The notes under the pieces are model-generated. The model was not told the DNA's origin. It saw only the letters and a list, made by a program, of their open reading frames with translations, and searched no databases. A stretch of 25,052 nt of DNA from Ginkgo biloba (Eukaryota > Plantae > Ginkgophyta). The position numbers and the translations under genes are program-made. The DNA is taken from positions 224,149,219 to 224,174,270 of the forward strand of contig JANKJI020000002.1 in the NCBI GenBank assembly GCA_024626585.2. Direction: 5' to 3'. This document shows, one piece after another, positions 11,130 to 21,910 of the stretch (within the stretch, counting starts at the first letter, position 1; each line of letters opens with the position of its first letter).

Positions 11130-11282
11130 CTTCAAAAATAATTTCCACAATTTTAGAAGAGTATATCAGGGCCTATCAAGTATTACACAGTTGCATTCAA
11201 TTCATTATTGGAAAATTATCTTAATACTCTAGGCTGGAAAGAATGGCAAGGATCAACTCATTACTTGAACAACATTTACTAT
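11130..11282 (+). pseudogene. Pectin methylesterase-like C-terminal fragment
   Basis: 11187-11282 reads TVAFNSLLENYLNTLGWKEWQGSTHYLNNIYY, resembling the plant PME segment RTVFMQS.....I.P.GW.EW.G...L.TLYY. Upstream aaa aat aat ttc c.. resembles (K)NNFPTYLGR with indels. Confidence 0.55.
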
Positions 11283-11477
11283 ACCAGTCCCACCCAAACG
11301 AGATAAAGTTCTTGCAGTTGTGATGACCTTCAGACTCAACATAGATCTCACCATGAGAATATCTATTGCTCCAATAATTGTATGAATTACAAACAATTAT
11401 ATAGCGACAAATTTATCTTCTAATAATTGCCCATTAGCATGGCTATCATAGGCTATTAAGACAATGCAAAATACCAT
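11280..11477 (-). pseudogene. Possible PME N-terminal fragment (signal peptide plus start of catalytic domain)
   Basis: MVFCIVLIAYDSHANGQLLEDKFVA...TIIGAID, then frameshifted IYVES/KV and LGGTGI, weakly resembling VA.DGSG.F.TI..AI / GVY.E.V.V / IGDGI. Heavily decayed. Confidence 0.3.
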
Positions 11478-12649
11478 GGCACAATGATTTAAATAGGCCA
11501 CGTTTAAGAGAAAACTGACAGAATAATCTTACACTAGTGCTTTCAGACATGATAGGATTACTATTGGACTTTGTCATTAATGTTATTTGCTCTACATATT
11601 TGTTCTCTTGTGAATGAATGATAAGTGGCATTTGAAAATTATTTTATTAAGTGAATAATAATTGTTATTAACTAGAACACAATGCTTATCTCTAGAAGAG
11701 ACGTGCGCCTATCTTTTTTCTAGGAAAAGTTAGTTTTTAAATTTTTTAATTTGTTGATGAATTTTTAAAAAATTAACAATAATACGAAGAAAAAATAAGA
11801 GAATATTCTATAACAACAAATCAAATCACATATAAAAATGAATAGAATTTTTAAAAATTGATTAATTCATATTATAAGACTTTTTCAACCTAAGATACAA
11901 ACTAACTTGACAAAAATAAAGTGATATGATTGGTTGACAAGTTTTAGATTAATTAGCAATCAATAGCTATAGTCTCCTATCTGACGGTAGAGACTAATAA
12001 TATGTATGGAATACAAATGGAACAATAGAACATAACAACATGGAACAACAAATTATTTGGCAGAACGTTGAAGAAAAAGATTAAAAATGACATATTACGG
12101 CATAGTCACTAATCTTAAAGCTATGATAGTCACTAAGTTTCCGCAAAGCTCATTCGTTTGACTAAAGGAGATCCTAATCGTAAAGCTATCATATTATCAC
12201 TCAGAACACTATGAAATCTCTCAAATTACCTTCTCTTTGTTGAAACAACTTCTTTCATTTACTTTGGAAGATGATTTTAATTCAGAGGCATTGTGTGAAT
12301 TATGATGCTTCTATTTAATAGAATATCATACGTTGAATATATGACAGTGTAGTTGAAGAAAAAGTGTAGAGAGGAAAGAAAGAGATTGGAGTAATGAATA
12401 AAACTCTATTTTATTTCCTCTTCACACACATATTTATATCGTATATACTTTTATTCATATATGATGTATTTTATAACTATCTAACTTACTAAATACTAAC
12501 ATTAAATACTTAGGTCACTATGTGACCACTATTTGAGTGTTATTACTCNNNNNNNNNNNNNNNNNNNNNNNNNNNNNNNNNNNNNNNNNNNNNNNNNNNN
12601 NNNNNNNNNNNNNNNNNNNNNNNNNNNNNNNNNNNNNNNNNNNNNNNNA

Positions 12650-13640
12650 ATAAAAATTGGAAATTAAAAGGCTAATTTAAAGTTTCATTATGTGCAAGAC
12701 TATATTTTATTATCAACTTCTAATATAACACAAAGCGAGAAAGAATCTTTAACAAGGGATAATTTTTTATAAATAGAGTTAGGTTATTTATGAAATGTTG
12801 GGATATTAGATTTTTATTGGGTTAGATTATCGTTTTTACCTATGGAATGGTCGGATGAAGATATATTCAAGATAATTAAAAATAATCTGGGAAGATTCAT
12901 TAAAGTATCACGATTGACAAAAGAGGTAAGAATGGTGGCTTACACAAGGATATGTGTAGAAGTGAATATAGAGGAGCCACTACCAAAAATATTTTATTAG
13001 AGGAAGGAGGTTACTTAATAAAATAGACATTATATTCTTAGAATGTTCCTTTCAGGTGCAGAGTATGTCATGAGTATGGACATCTTTAAGAAATTTGTTT
13101 GAAGATTAATGTGTAGGACACTTTAAATAATCGCCCAAGCTAAGAAGGGAAAGGAAGAAGCTCAATCAAACCTCAGAAGAAAAAAAGGGTTGAACATGTG
13201 AAGGATCATACAAAAGAAGCAAAGGCCTCTCTATGAAACAAAATTATAGAAGTTAGTAATCAGTTTCAAGCTCTGGAAATGAAACCTAATATGGATAAGG
13301 AAGGAACTAAGGTATATGAAAATTATATATTTCAAGAGGAAGGAGAAGCATTATTGGGGAAGGATATTCTAAAAGAAATACAAACTATAGACAAAGGAGA
13401 TGAAATTTTGAAAAAATAAGAAGGAGAAAAGGCACAAGGATTCAAGAAAGGAATGTATAATTTGGGGATCAAACAAGACAAAACAGGATTACAAAAGGAA
13501 GATGTGGTTGTCAAAACAAGAAGAGGGAAGAAATTTGTAGTAGAAGAACTACAAGTAACATCCCAAAAGATGATAGGATTGGGGAAACAACTCTAAGTGG
13601 ATGGCAAAGGAGGGTTCAAAAATCACAATCTCCAAACTAA
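12650..13640 (+). mobile_element. Plant L1 LINE ORF1 remnant (DUF4283-like region plus zinc knuckle)
   Basis: WVRLSFLPMEWSDEDIFKIIKNNLGRFIKVSRLTKEVRMVAYTRICVEVNIEEPLPK from 12818; VPFRCRVCHEYGHL*EIC (CX2CX4HX4C, 13057-13098); NQFQALE at ~13258. Multiple stops. Confidence 0.92.
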
Positions 13641-13765
13641 AGGAAAATAATATCGTAGAACCTTAGAGGGATATACCACTAAAGGAAGATCCTTGAAAAG
13701 AAGAATTATAAAAGAAATGGCATACATTTGTTCAATCCAAGAAACTAAGATTATAGAGGTTTAAT
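13641..13765 (+). mobile_element. L1 ORF2 APE endonuclease N-terminus, truncated
   Basis: (R)KIIS*NLRG / KGRSLKRRIIKEMAYICSIQETK matches MKIISWNVRG...IQETK and lies directly after ORF1. Confidence 0.88.
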
Positions 13766-14261
13766 GCATTCTTCTCTAGAATATAAATGTATTTTGCTCC
13801 CTTGCTATATTCTAGAATTCTGCCTATGATAGGATTATAATTGTATCTTACAATCCTGCCTTTGATAGGATTTTAATAAAAACCACTTTTCGTAGCAAAA
13901 AAAAGCACATTTTTATCTGAGAATAATTATAGTTCAGCATTTAATTAACCATAGTTAAGAATTGATATAACTACAATTAAGTGTGTGTCTAGGTTGTAGA
14001 GATATTCATATTAGAAATATAAATTCTATAACTATTATTAATTCAACCACAGTTGAGCATTAAGTCAACCATAATTAAGCTTTCAACTAATATAATTATA
14101 CAAGGATATGATCAATTAAAGGATTTTCCTCTTTTTATAAAAGGTTTAGATATATAATCAANNNNNNNNNNNNNNNNNNNNNNNNNNNNNNNNNNNNNNN
14201 NNNNNNNNNNNNNNNNNNNNNNNNNNNNNNNNNNNNNNNNNNNNNNNNNNNNNNNNNNNNN

Positions 14262-14675
14262 TGAACAATAATGAAAATTAGTTTGGGTATTTTAAAACTC
14301 GATAAATTCTTCTGGTATAAATTCATAATATTTCCTACTATCATAGAAGCACCTTCTTGTAGAAAAATTATTACATTGATCTACACAACCATTAGCATTA
14401 AATATCAACTCTAAAAAATATTTCTTTTTGGACATAAATATTTCAAAATTTATAAAGACGATTAATTACCCATAATTCTCATATGGAATAATAAAATCCA
14501 TTGTTCGAGCAACTTCAAGGTGTAATAATAACGCTACATATACTTCCACTGGAGAAATTTTCTCTCCTATGAAATAAAAATAATAATCAACACTCCTGAA
14601 TAGAGATTTTAAGAATTGAAATAATTTGTTATTTAATTAATATGTTTACCTCCACAATTGATAATATCCTTATAA
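14262..14675 (-). pseudogene. AAE3: AAE3-like acyl-activating enzyme (oxalate--CoA ligase-like) 3' fragment with two introns
   Basis: Three exon remnants: KDIINCGG (ends 14650, donor GTAAAC); intron 14649-14567 ending ttcatAG; GEKISPVEVYVALLLHLEVARTMDFIIPYENYG (14566-14470); intron ending gtgtAG at 14381; INVIIFLQEGASMIVGNIMNLYQKNLSSFKIPKLIFII (14380 to the gap). These match plant AAE3 KELINRGGEKISPIEVDAVLLSHP..AQAVAFGVPD.KYGEE|INCAVIPREG...KKNLAAFKVPKKVFI. Confidence 0.8.
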
Positions 14676-14700
14676 TAGATATGTTTATGATGTTACTATA

Positions 14701-14734
14701 TTACCCGCGTAATAGAGGTCTATTGCATGGGTAA
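14701..14734. other. Hairpin with 16-bp arms, candidate Helitron 3' terminus
   Basis: TTACCCGCGTAATAGA-GG-TCTATTGCATGGGTAA has 13/16 paired positions with transition mismatches, followed by CAAAGCTA(T), close to but not matching CTRR. Confidence 0.4.
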
Positions 14735-14775
14735 CAAAGCTATAAGATTGATGATTAGGATATTAATTAGGTTAC

Positions 14776-15403
14776 TACATCTAACCATAATTAGAAAGTA
14801 GGGTAAGAGTCACATACTGTATGAGGCCNNNNNNNNNNNNNNNNNNNNNNNNGATAGCTCACCTATCTCTCTCTACTCCTCTACATGGGTAGAGCCTAGG
14901 TCTATCCCTAGCCCTCCTCTTGGCCTCCATACATAAATTTAGGGGGAACCCTCTACTTATCCCTCAACTCATCCTGCTCTATGCTTGCTTCCTATGCCTC
15001 TTGTTATCCTACCTTTCCTCTAGCCCCCTCTACCTCTCTATCATATTATTTTGTATTTGAATCCTAATGGATCTCTCTATAGGGGTCTATGACCCTCATG
15101 TCTAATGTCAAGTCTATAAATATTGCCCAAGTACCTCCCTCATTCTTATAAGTAGAATGATATGGTGAGTCTCTCGTCATCAGCTGCCATTTCCTCATAA
15201 GAGGATTATCATATCCTAATAGAATTAGAGTCTTTATGGTAGGTCAAAATTCATAAAATTGATCCAATAACTAGGATTGTAGGAATGAACCATAAGTGAG
15301 GGTACTATGGCCCCTACATTGTATCACATCTAGTTGATTCACTAGAGCCTCAAGAACATAATCAGCCTAGTCATGCCATACGTCCTGTGTACACCTCTTA
15401 ATC
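14776..15403 (-). mobile_element. PMD-associated repeat, inverted homologue of 21297-21910
   Basis: The reverse complement aligns continuously with 21297-21910. In one 64-nt stretch I counted 9 mismatches, mostly transitions. Confidence 0.9.
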
Positions 15404-15752
15404 NNNNNNNNNNNNNNNNNNNNNNNNNNNNNNNNNNNNNNNNNNNNNNNNNNNNNNNNNNNNNNNNNNNNNNNNNNNNNNNNNNNNNNNNNNNNNNNNN
15501 NNNATATCATATGCTAACCCAAGTGGCAGGTTTAAGGTACGGGGCTGTTACACTTCTCTTTACAATTTTCTCTCTCGAGTACCTCACCATGGGGTTTCAT
15601 CATCATCTGCAATATTAGTGATCTAGCCCCATCACTCAACTTAGGCTTAGGCATGTATTCTAGGGCTTATTGTAACATGTCCTTCATGGTTGGGTTTGGA
15701 CCATTTTTCATGGTTAAATTTATGGGAGTTTGTTGGGCTATAATAGTTTACT

Positions 15753-17852
15753 AATGGAAGAGGTTGTCGCGATGGCCTAAGTTGACAAGGCACTAAGTTG
15801 TTTGAACAATTAGGTATCCCCCATAATTGAAGAAGGCAAGGCTAATAGAGCCAAGTTCTATGGTGTCCCTGGCAAGATTAATTGAGAGACAACGACTCTC
15901 TACATTCAAGGCAGGGGGGAGGGAATGAAAACCCAACTTGACATTGTAACATATGTGAAATAATATAGACAAGGGATGGGATGGAGGATGAAGTTAAATG
16001 GTTGAGACTTTTTCCAACCACCTTGCGAAGCGAGGAAAATAATTGGTACAAGGAATTTTCTAAGGGACATTTTTCATCATGGATAACAATGAGAGTTACT
16101 CTAGGACTAATTACCCTAGCACCATAGTGAAGTTATTGATCAAATTTATAGTTTGCGATAGGACCGAGAATAGACAATGAGAGAAAATTATAATAAGCTG
16201 AAGGTATTAATGAAAATAATGTTGAGTGTCATCGATGGGTTGAAAATGTGGTGGTTTGTGGAAGGGTTATTGCCCAAATGATGGATAAATTTACAATTTG
16301 GTCCTCCTACCACATACAAGGAAGCATTGTATTTGGAGACGAAAAATCACATGGAACAATTGAGCCGAGTAGAGTTGGATGAAGATGACAAAGAAAGTAG
16401 GTCAACAATTGAAGCATTACGAGAGGACATGGATAAATTAATGAAGGGGGTTTTGAAGAAGCCCAAGGAGAAAAAAGAGGCTTGGTGCACACAATGTTGA
16501 TAGCAAGGGCACCTTAAGTCTGATTGCCCCAAACATCAAAGCACATATTGTGACATTTATAAAGCGAGCTCATATAGCATTAATGAATGTATGTATAATA
16601 CAAAGAATTCTCAAAGAGACCAAGATGCTTGAGCATATGCTATGGATGATGAAGAAACAACAAATTTGCATGATGGTAATACTCTAAGAGGGACTCCTCA
16701 AAATAGTGGCTACTAGAACTCTCTGATGAATCTCTCTGGCCAGTGATCTAATGCCACTAATATTCCAAGTAAGGCCACTGCAATAAGGATCGCACATAAC
16801 CTCCACAAAGATTGCTAATGTGTTTTGAATGTGGCCCCACGATCATTTAGGCCAAATGTGCCTAAAACAAGAAGCAGTGAATTTGATATGGGAAGATTAT
16901 TTGGACGATGTGTCTACTTTCAAAGTGGAGACATGAAACATGGCCAAACATTACTATTTTGAACCTAAGATAGAGAAGCAATGATTGCAGGAAGCTCGGG
17001 CATTGGTTGGTAATTAATTGTATGTAAAAGATCCATTACCACAAATATCACTTAGTGAGGAAGGAGTTGCCTCAAGACAAACTAGACAAGATAATTCAAA
17101 ACAAGGTATTTGGATTTCTCAACTTCTATAGTTGGAGACACTAGTCAAAGTTAGTGCATTAGGGTCTCATATTTTAGACATCTCACAAACCATGACCCAA
17201 CAAGTTCAGGATGGCACTAAAGTTGCCTCAATAATTGTAATCAACTGCCAATATATCCATTGTTGCAGAGTGAATGGAAACAAGTGAACCACTTGAATAT
17301 GATGTTTGTGTGGACAATGTATGACAAGGATCAACTTAATCATGATCAATTATAAGAATTATAATGGTCATCCAAGACAAGAGGTTATTCCATACAATTA
17401 TTGATCGAGGATTAGGGGTGATTATTATATTAGAAGATTGTTGGCAATAGTTGGGTAAACTTGCTCTTTGGCCACCTTGCTTTCAACTTTGAATGGCAAC
17501 CTAGAGCTTGATGATTCCAATAGGATAACAGATGGGCCAAGAAGTATAGAGGGAAGAGAAGACATTCCAAGTTGATTTTGTTGTCATCCCCATGACCCCG
17601 GGCGTAACTTCATATGCAACACTACTTGGACATCCTTCGTTGAGAGATGTTGACTAAGTACAACATTAGGGTGAGAATGCGTTAACTGTTAAGAGAGGAG
17701 GAAAGTGATTTTGTATTGATTTAATTCAAAACTAGATTAGCAAACAATTGGCATCTTCGAGCTCTGAGTCAGAGAAGCAGGGTGAAGATGACTAGGTATG
17801 GGAGCCAACAAAGGAGGTAGTTATGCTGTTAGATCCTTGTGTGGGGATGAGA
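15753..17852 (+). mobile_element. Decayed Ty3/gypsy gag-protease
   Basis: gag: LIERQRLSTFKAGG..HCNICEII..EDEVKWLRLFPTTLRSEENNWY..WWFVEGL..PPTTYKEA. Knuckles: WCTQC**QGHLKSDCP (16483-16530), YCDIYKASSYSINEC, and CFECG/DHLGQMC (~16820). Protease: TIIDRGLGV (D at 17403; decayed DGGSGV)..LGKLALWPP..FQVDFVVIP..YATLLGHPSL. Confidence 0.9.
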
Positions 17853-17952
17853 NNNNNNNNNNNNNNNNNNNNNNNNNNNNNNNNNNNNNNNNNNNNNNNN
17901 NNNNNNNNNNNNNNNNNNNNNNNNNNNNNNNNNNNNNNNNNNNNNNNNNNNN

Positions 17953-18764
17953 CCTTTGATTACATCCCAACATTTTGTTGGTTGCCTCTACTGTACGGAC
18001 TTTAAGGTCAAATATTTCCTTCCATTCTCGATCGCATTTAAGGATCAAAGCTCCCAATTTGGGAATCATCCCTTCCAATCCTAGCGGAATGTCCTTGTCA
18101 AAACTACTCATGAACCGTTGATATGTATCATCATCAGTAGGAACATTTCAACCAAACATTGTAGAAATTCTCAATAAATCTAATTTTATGCTTGTTTGCA
18201 TGTGCTTGTTCTTGGGCTTCCTTGGTTTGGGTCGAAATGCCTCTCGTTGGATATCTAATTTTCATTACCAGGTCTTTGACCAAGATTTGAATAACATCTT
18301 CCATAATTTTCGGATGCCATGCTTCATGATTGTGTAGCTCACAATCTTTCTTAACTAGGCCTTCTTCAAATACCTTATTCTGTCTCCCTAGTCCAACTTT
18401 ATGTGTTCGTCCAAAATGGAATCAACCTAGATTGATCTCAAAATAATTTCCCATGAAGTTGATAACAAAGGCACTTGAACACCGATACTATGTATGCTTT
18501 TAGAGGATGTTGCAACCATCTCTTTAGGGTGTGTTTGAGGTGGACATGTAGTTGGCATGTCATTAAAAATTGGTTCCTTCCCTTTTTTTTCCTTCTTTCT
18601 TCGTCTAAAAATTCTTGTATAACTGGTTCCTGACTAGTGAACAATTCTACCTTCTCAATTTCCTCTTGTATTTTTTCACCCTCATGTCTGTTTTCACCCT
18701 CATGTTTGTCTTCACCTTCATGTGCTGCCATTGCTTCTTCTTCTGGCGGCAACCATTTCAACAC
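17953..18764 (-). mobile_element. Possible decayed gag 5' region
   Basis: Acidic ORF with three 18-bp HEGE repeats (~18675-18722), followed by frameshifted VPTDDDTYQRFMSS..LILKCDREWKEIF..EATNKMLGCNQ, loosely like the retrotransposon gag core. Confidence 0.4.
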
Positions 18765-19004
18765 TTCTAAAATTCTTGAATCCTTATAACTACATCCTCT
18801 CCCTCTATTTCACTCTCGTGAACCACATTGACCATACAATTATTCGAGGTGTTGTAGGTACATTATCAAGAATCTATTACAAGAACAAATTGGTTCCTTC
18901 TTGAAGTCTAAGGGGGATGATTCTCTAGTGGTAAGTAATAGGGGTCGCATGGACATATGCAATTGCCAAAATGACCACTATTAAGGACTTAGCAAAGTTG
19001 AAAG

Positions 19005-19245
19005 GCCATCGGGAAGTTGAATAGTCACCAGAAGATGAATGTTCACCAAAATATGAATAGTCATCGAGAGATGAACAATAATTGGGCCAATGGCCAATGG
19101 AAGTTGAACAACCATTGGAAGTTGAATGGTTGTCAAAAGTTCAACAGACACCAGAAGATGAATGATCATTGGAAGTTGAATAGTCATTGGGCGAATGGCC
19201 ACTAGAATTCGAATGACCATTGGAAGCCGAAAGATCATTGGAAGT
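19005..19245. repeat. Degenerate 18-bp tandem array (consensus ~ccattggaagttgaatga) with 12-bp variants
   Basis: About 13 units, e.g. ccattggaagttgaatgg, tcattggaagttgaatag, caccagaagatgaatgat. The array runs into a gap and explains the repetitive ORFs 18981-19238 and 19017-19205. Confidence 0.85.
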
Positions 19246-19345
19246 NNNNNNNNNNNNNNNNNNNNNNNNNNNNNNNNNNNNNNNNNNNNNNNNNNNNNNN
19301 NNNNNNNNNNNNNNNNNNNNNNNNNNNNNNNNNNNNNNNNNNNNN

Positions 19346-20493
19346 TATATGCTATTGTGCATTGATTTGTGGTGTTGCAGTTTCAAACTTTAGGATGGTT
19401 TGTGTAACTTTTAGGTAGAGGTTTGGATTTCGTGTTCCTCTTCTAGCTCTTCTTCATTAGAGTTGGATAGTACTTCTTTGTATGCACTACTATCATCTTC
19501 GTTCTCATCATCGTAAATAATTATTTTTTCATAGCAACTTTGGGTTGTTGAGGCTTTGTAAGCTTCTTGCAACTAGTGAAGCATGTGATCTGATGCAGAA
19601 TCCTCTGTGTCCAAGTGAATAACTCCGTCCTAATATGGTTTGTGTGTAAAATTTTTATTTATAATGATGGGGTTTTGAATTACTGGATATGCTGATTCAA
19701 AGTAGGAGTTTGCGACAGTTATTGTTGTGGCGATAATTGTGCTAGAGGCTCCTTCCAATGGGTTTTGCAGTTCGTTGTACATTATCTTCTCTACACGCAG
19801 TCCATGTGATACCAAAGTAATATCTACCACTTGGCCATTACCAAAAGGAATACGTACCACATGTTCATTACCAAACAAAATGAAGGTTCTCTTTCCCCAA
19901 TCCTGAATAACTTCAATATCATAGAGCCATTGTCTACCTAAAAGGAAAGGATAAGTAGCATTTGTGGCTATTTCTACTATTACAAAATCTTGGTTTACAG
20001 TTGCCCCTTCTACCATAACTGGTACATTTAGGATTGATCCTATGGGTCAAGTCATTAATTGATTGGCCAACAGAATGGAGTAATTGGACAGACTAACCTC
20101 GGGTTTACCAAGTTGTGCCCATGTTAATATTGGTATCACATTAACACTTGGTCCTCCATCCACAATTGTTTTTGGTATTATCTTGTTGAAAATATGGATT
20201 AGAACCTTCGGGTCTTCATCTAAGGGTGTGGCCAATTTAGTTGTTCTTATTTTATTTGGAGAAACTAATGGCAGTACCCTCTTTTCGCCACAATTCGATC
20301 ATTGTTCGTAGTGGAATATTAAACTCTACTTTAGTATACAGTTGTAGTAGAAGGTTGATTTTCGACTTTCAGTCTGATGGTCTCGCTAGTGGAGTCTTTG
20401 CTATTGTATTGACTATAGTTTCTACGATTGATGAAATTCGAGTTTTCCTTTGATCAACCTACATTACAATAACTGCAATAGCTCCTTCTGTTA
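19346..20493 (-). mobile_element. Ty3/gypsy aspartic protease region, relatively well preserved
   Basis: ORFs 20047-20235 and 19630-20016 are one frame split by a single TGA: KTIVDGGPSVNVIP..TWAQLGKP..SNYSILLANQLMT*PIGSILNVPVMVEGATVNQDFVIVEI..TYPFLLGRQWL..IQDWGK. Catalytic D at 20158-20160; acidic linker downstream. Confidence 0.92.
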
Positions 20494-20899
20494 NNNNNNN
20501 NNNNNNNNNNNNNNNNNNNNNNNNNNNNNNNNNNNNNNNNNNNNNNNNNNNNNNNNNNNNNNNNNNNNNNNNNNNNNNNNNNNNNNNNNNNNNGCATTTT
20601 TTTATGAAAATGGGCATTGTTTATGTGCACATAGTAGTCTATGTACGTTGTAGGTCAACATGCTTTTGAATGACATATTATCGATTAATGCACTTGAAAA
20701 GCACGTTGTTCAATGATGCGTAGGCTATAAATGCAGTTATAAGCGATGTAGTAGAGAAATAAATCTTTTAATAATTTATGATTCATTTTTATCTTTCTTG
20801 CTTTGTTATTGATTAATGCTTCATTCTTTGTTTATAGAAGCTTGTTATAGTTAGTGGTCAAGAGAATTATGGGGCCATCATGGATGAGTTGGTGGCATA

Positions 20900-21910
20900 A
20901 TTTAGTGAGAAGGATTGAGGGATCCTATGTAGATGCAGGTTATAGAGGGTCTCATTGATCTCCTAGCTCAACTTTAACGAGGAGATCATGAGGTAACTAG
21001 TCAAGTACTAGAACCTAAAAATTCATATGTTTAAGATGCTTATCTTTAGTGAGGTGCAACTCATGAAGACAAATATTTATAGGGTGATGGGACTCATTTG
21101 TACTGGAGAGATGATTGACCTATGGAGGCAGGTGATCAGTTGAGAGAAGTGAGAGGTTTAGTGATGTGATTATGCATGGGATGGTCATTAGAATTTTATA
21201 GAGTGAGAGGGTTCCATTAATTCAGAGGGCTATTATGATATTTTTTATTTCTCACAACCAAAACTTTGGCGGAGGTCCATTTGGATATATACCTATAATT
21301 GAGAGGTATACACAGGACATATGGCATGACCAGGTTGATTATGTTCTTAAGGATTTAGTGAGCTAACTAGATGTGATACAATGTAGGGGCCATGATACCC
21401 TCACTTATGGTTCATTCCTACAAGCCTGGTTATTTGAGAACTTCTACGCATTCTAGCCTACCATAACGACTCTGATTCTATTAGGACACAATGAGCCTCT
21501 TATGAGGAAGTGGTAAATGATGACAAGAGCCTCACCACATCATCCTACTTATAAGAGTAAGGGAGGTACTTGGGTAGTATTTATAGAATTGACATTAAAC
21601 ACGAGGTTCATAGACCCCTATAAAGAGATCCATTAGGATTCAAATGAAAAAATATATGATAGGGAGATAAAGGGGGCTAGAGGAGAGGTAGGCTAGCAAG
21701 AGGAATAGGAAGCACGCATAGAGCAGGAAGAGGTGAGAGAGAAGTAGAGGGTTCTCCCTACATTTATATATGGAGGCCAAGAGGTAGGCCTAGGCTCTAC
21801 CCATGTAGAGGAGCAAAGAGAGACATGTGAGCTATCAAGAGGAGCTCATGGTGAGAAGGCCTCATATAATATGTGACTCTTATCCTACTTTCCAATTATG
21901 GTTAGATATA
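20900..21910 (+). mobile_element. Plant mobile domain (aminotransferase-like PMD) pseudo-ORF of a transposon
   Basis: EEIMR*LVKY*NLKIHMFKMLIFSEVQLMKTNIYRVMGLICTGEMI resembles the PMD motif AL.ERW..ETHTFHLP.GE.TITLEDV..LLGLP..G. TLTYGSFLQAWLFENF (~21397-21444) resembles LLQ.W.WEHF. Confidence 0.65.

Noticed and set aside
16307-16532. Minus-strand ORFs here and antisense ORFs at 13332-13514 and 20084-20453
   Set aside because: They are shadows of transposon coding sequence on the opposite strand.
14776-21910. Terminal inverted repeats of a single large DNA transposon
   Set aside because: The repeats are coding-like internal sequence, ~15-20% diverged, separated by four gaps, and lack a TSD.
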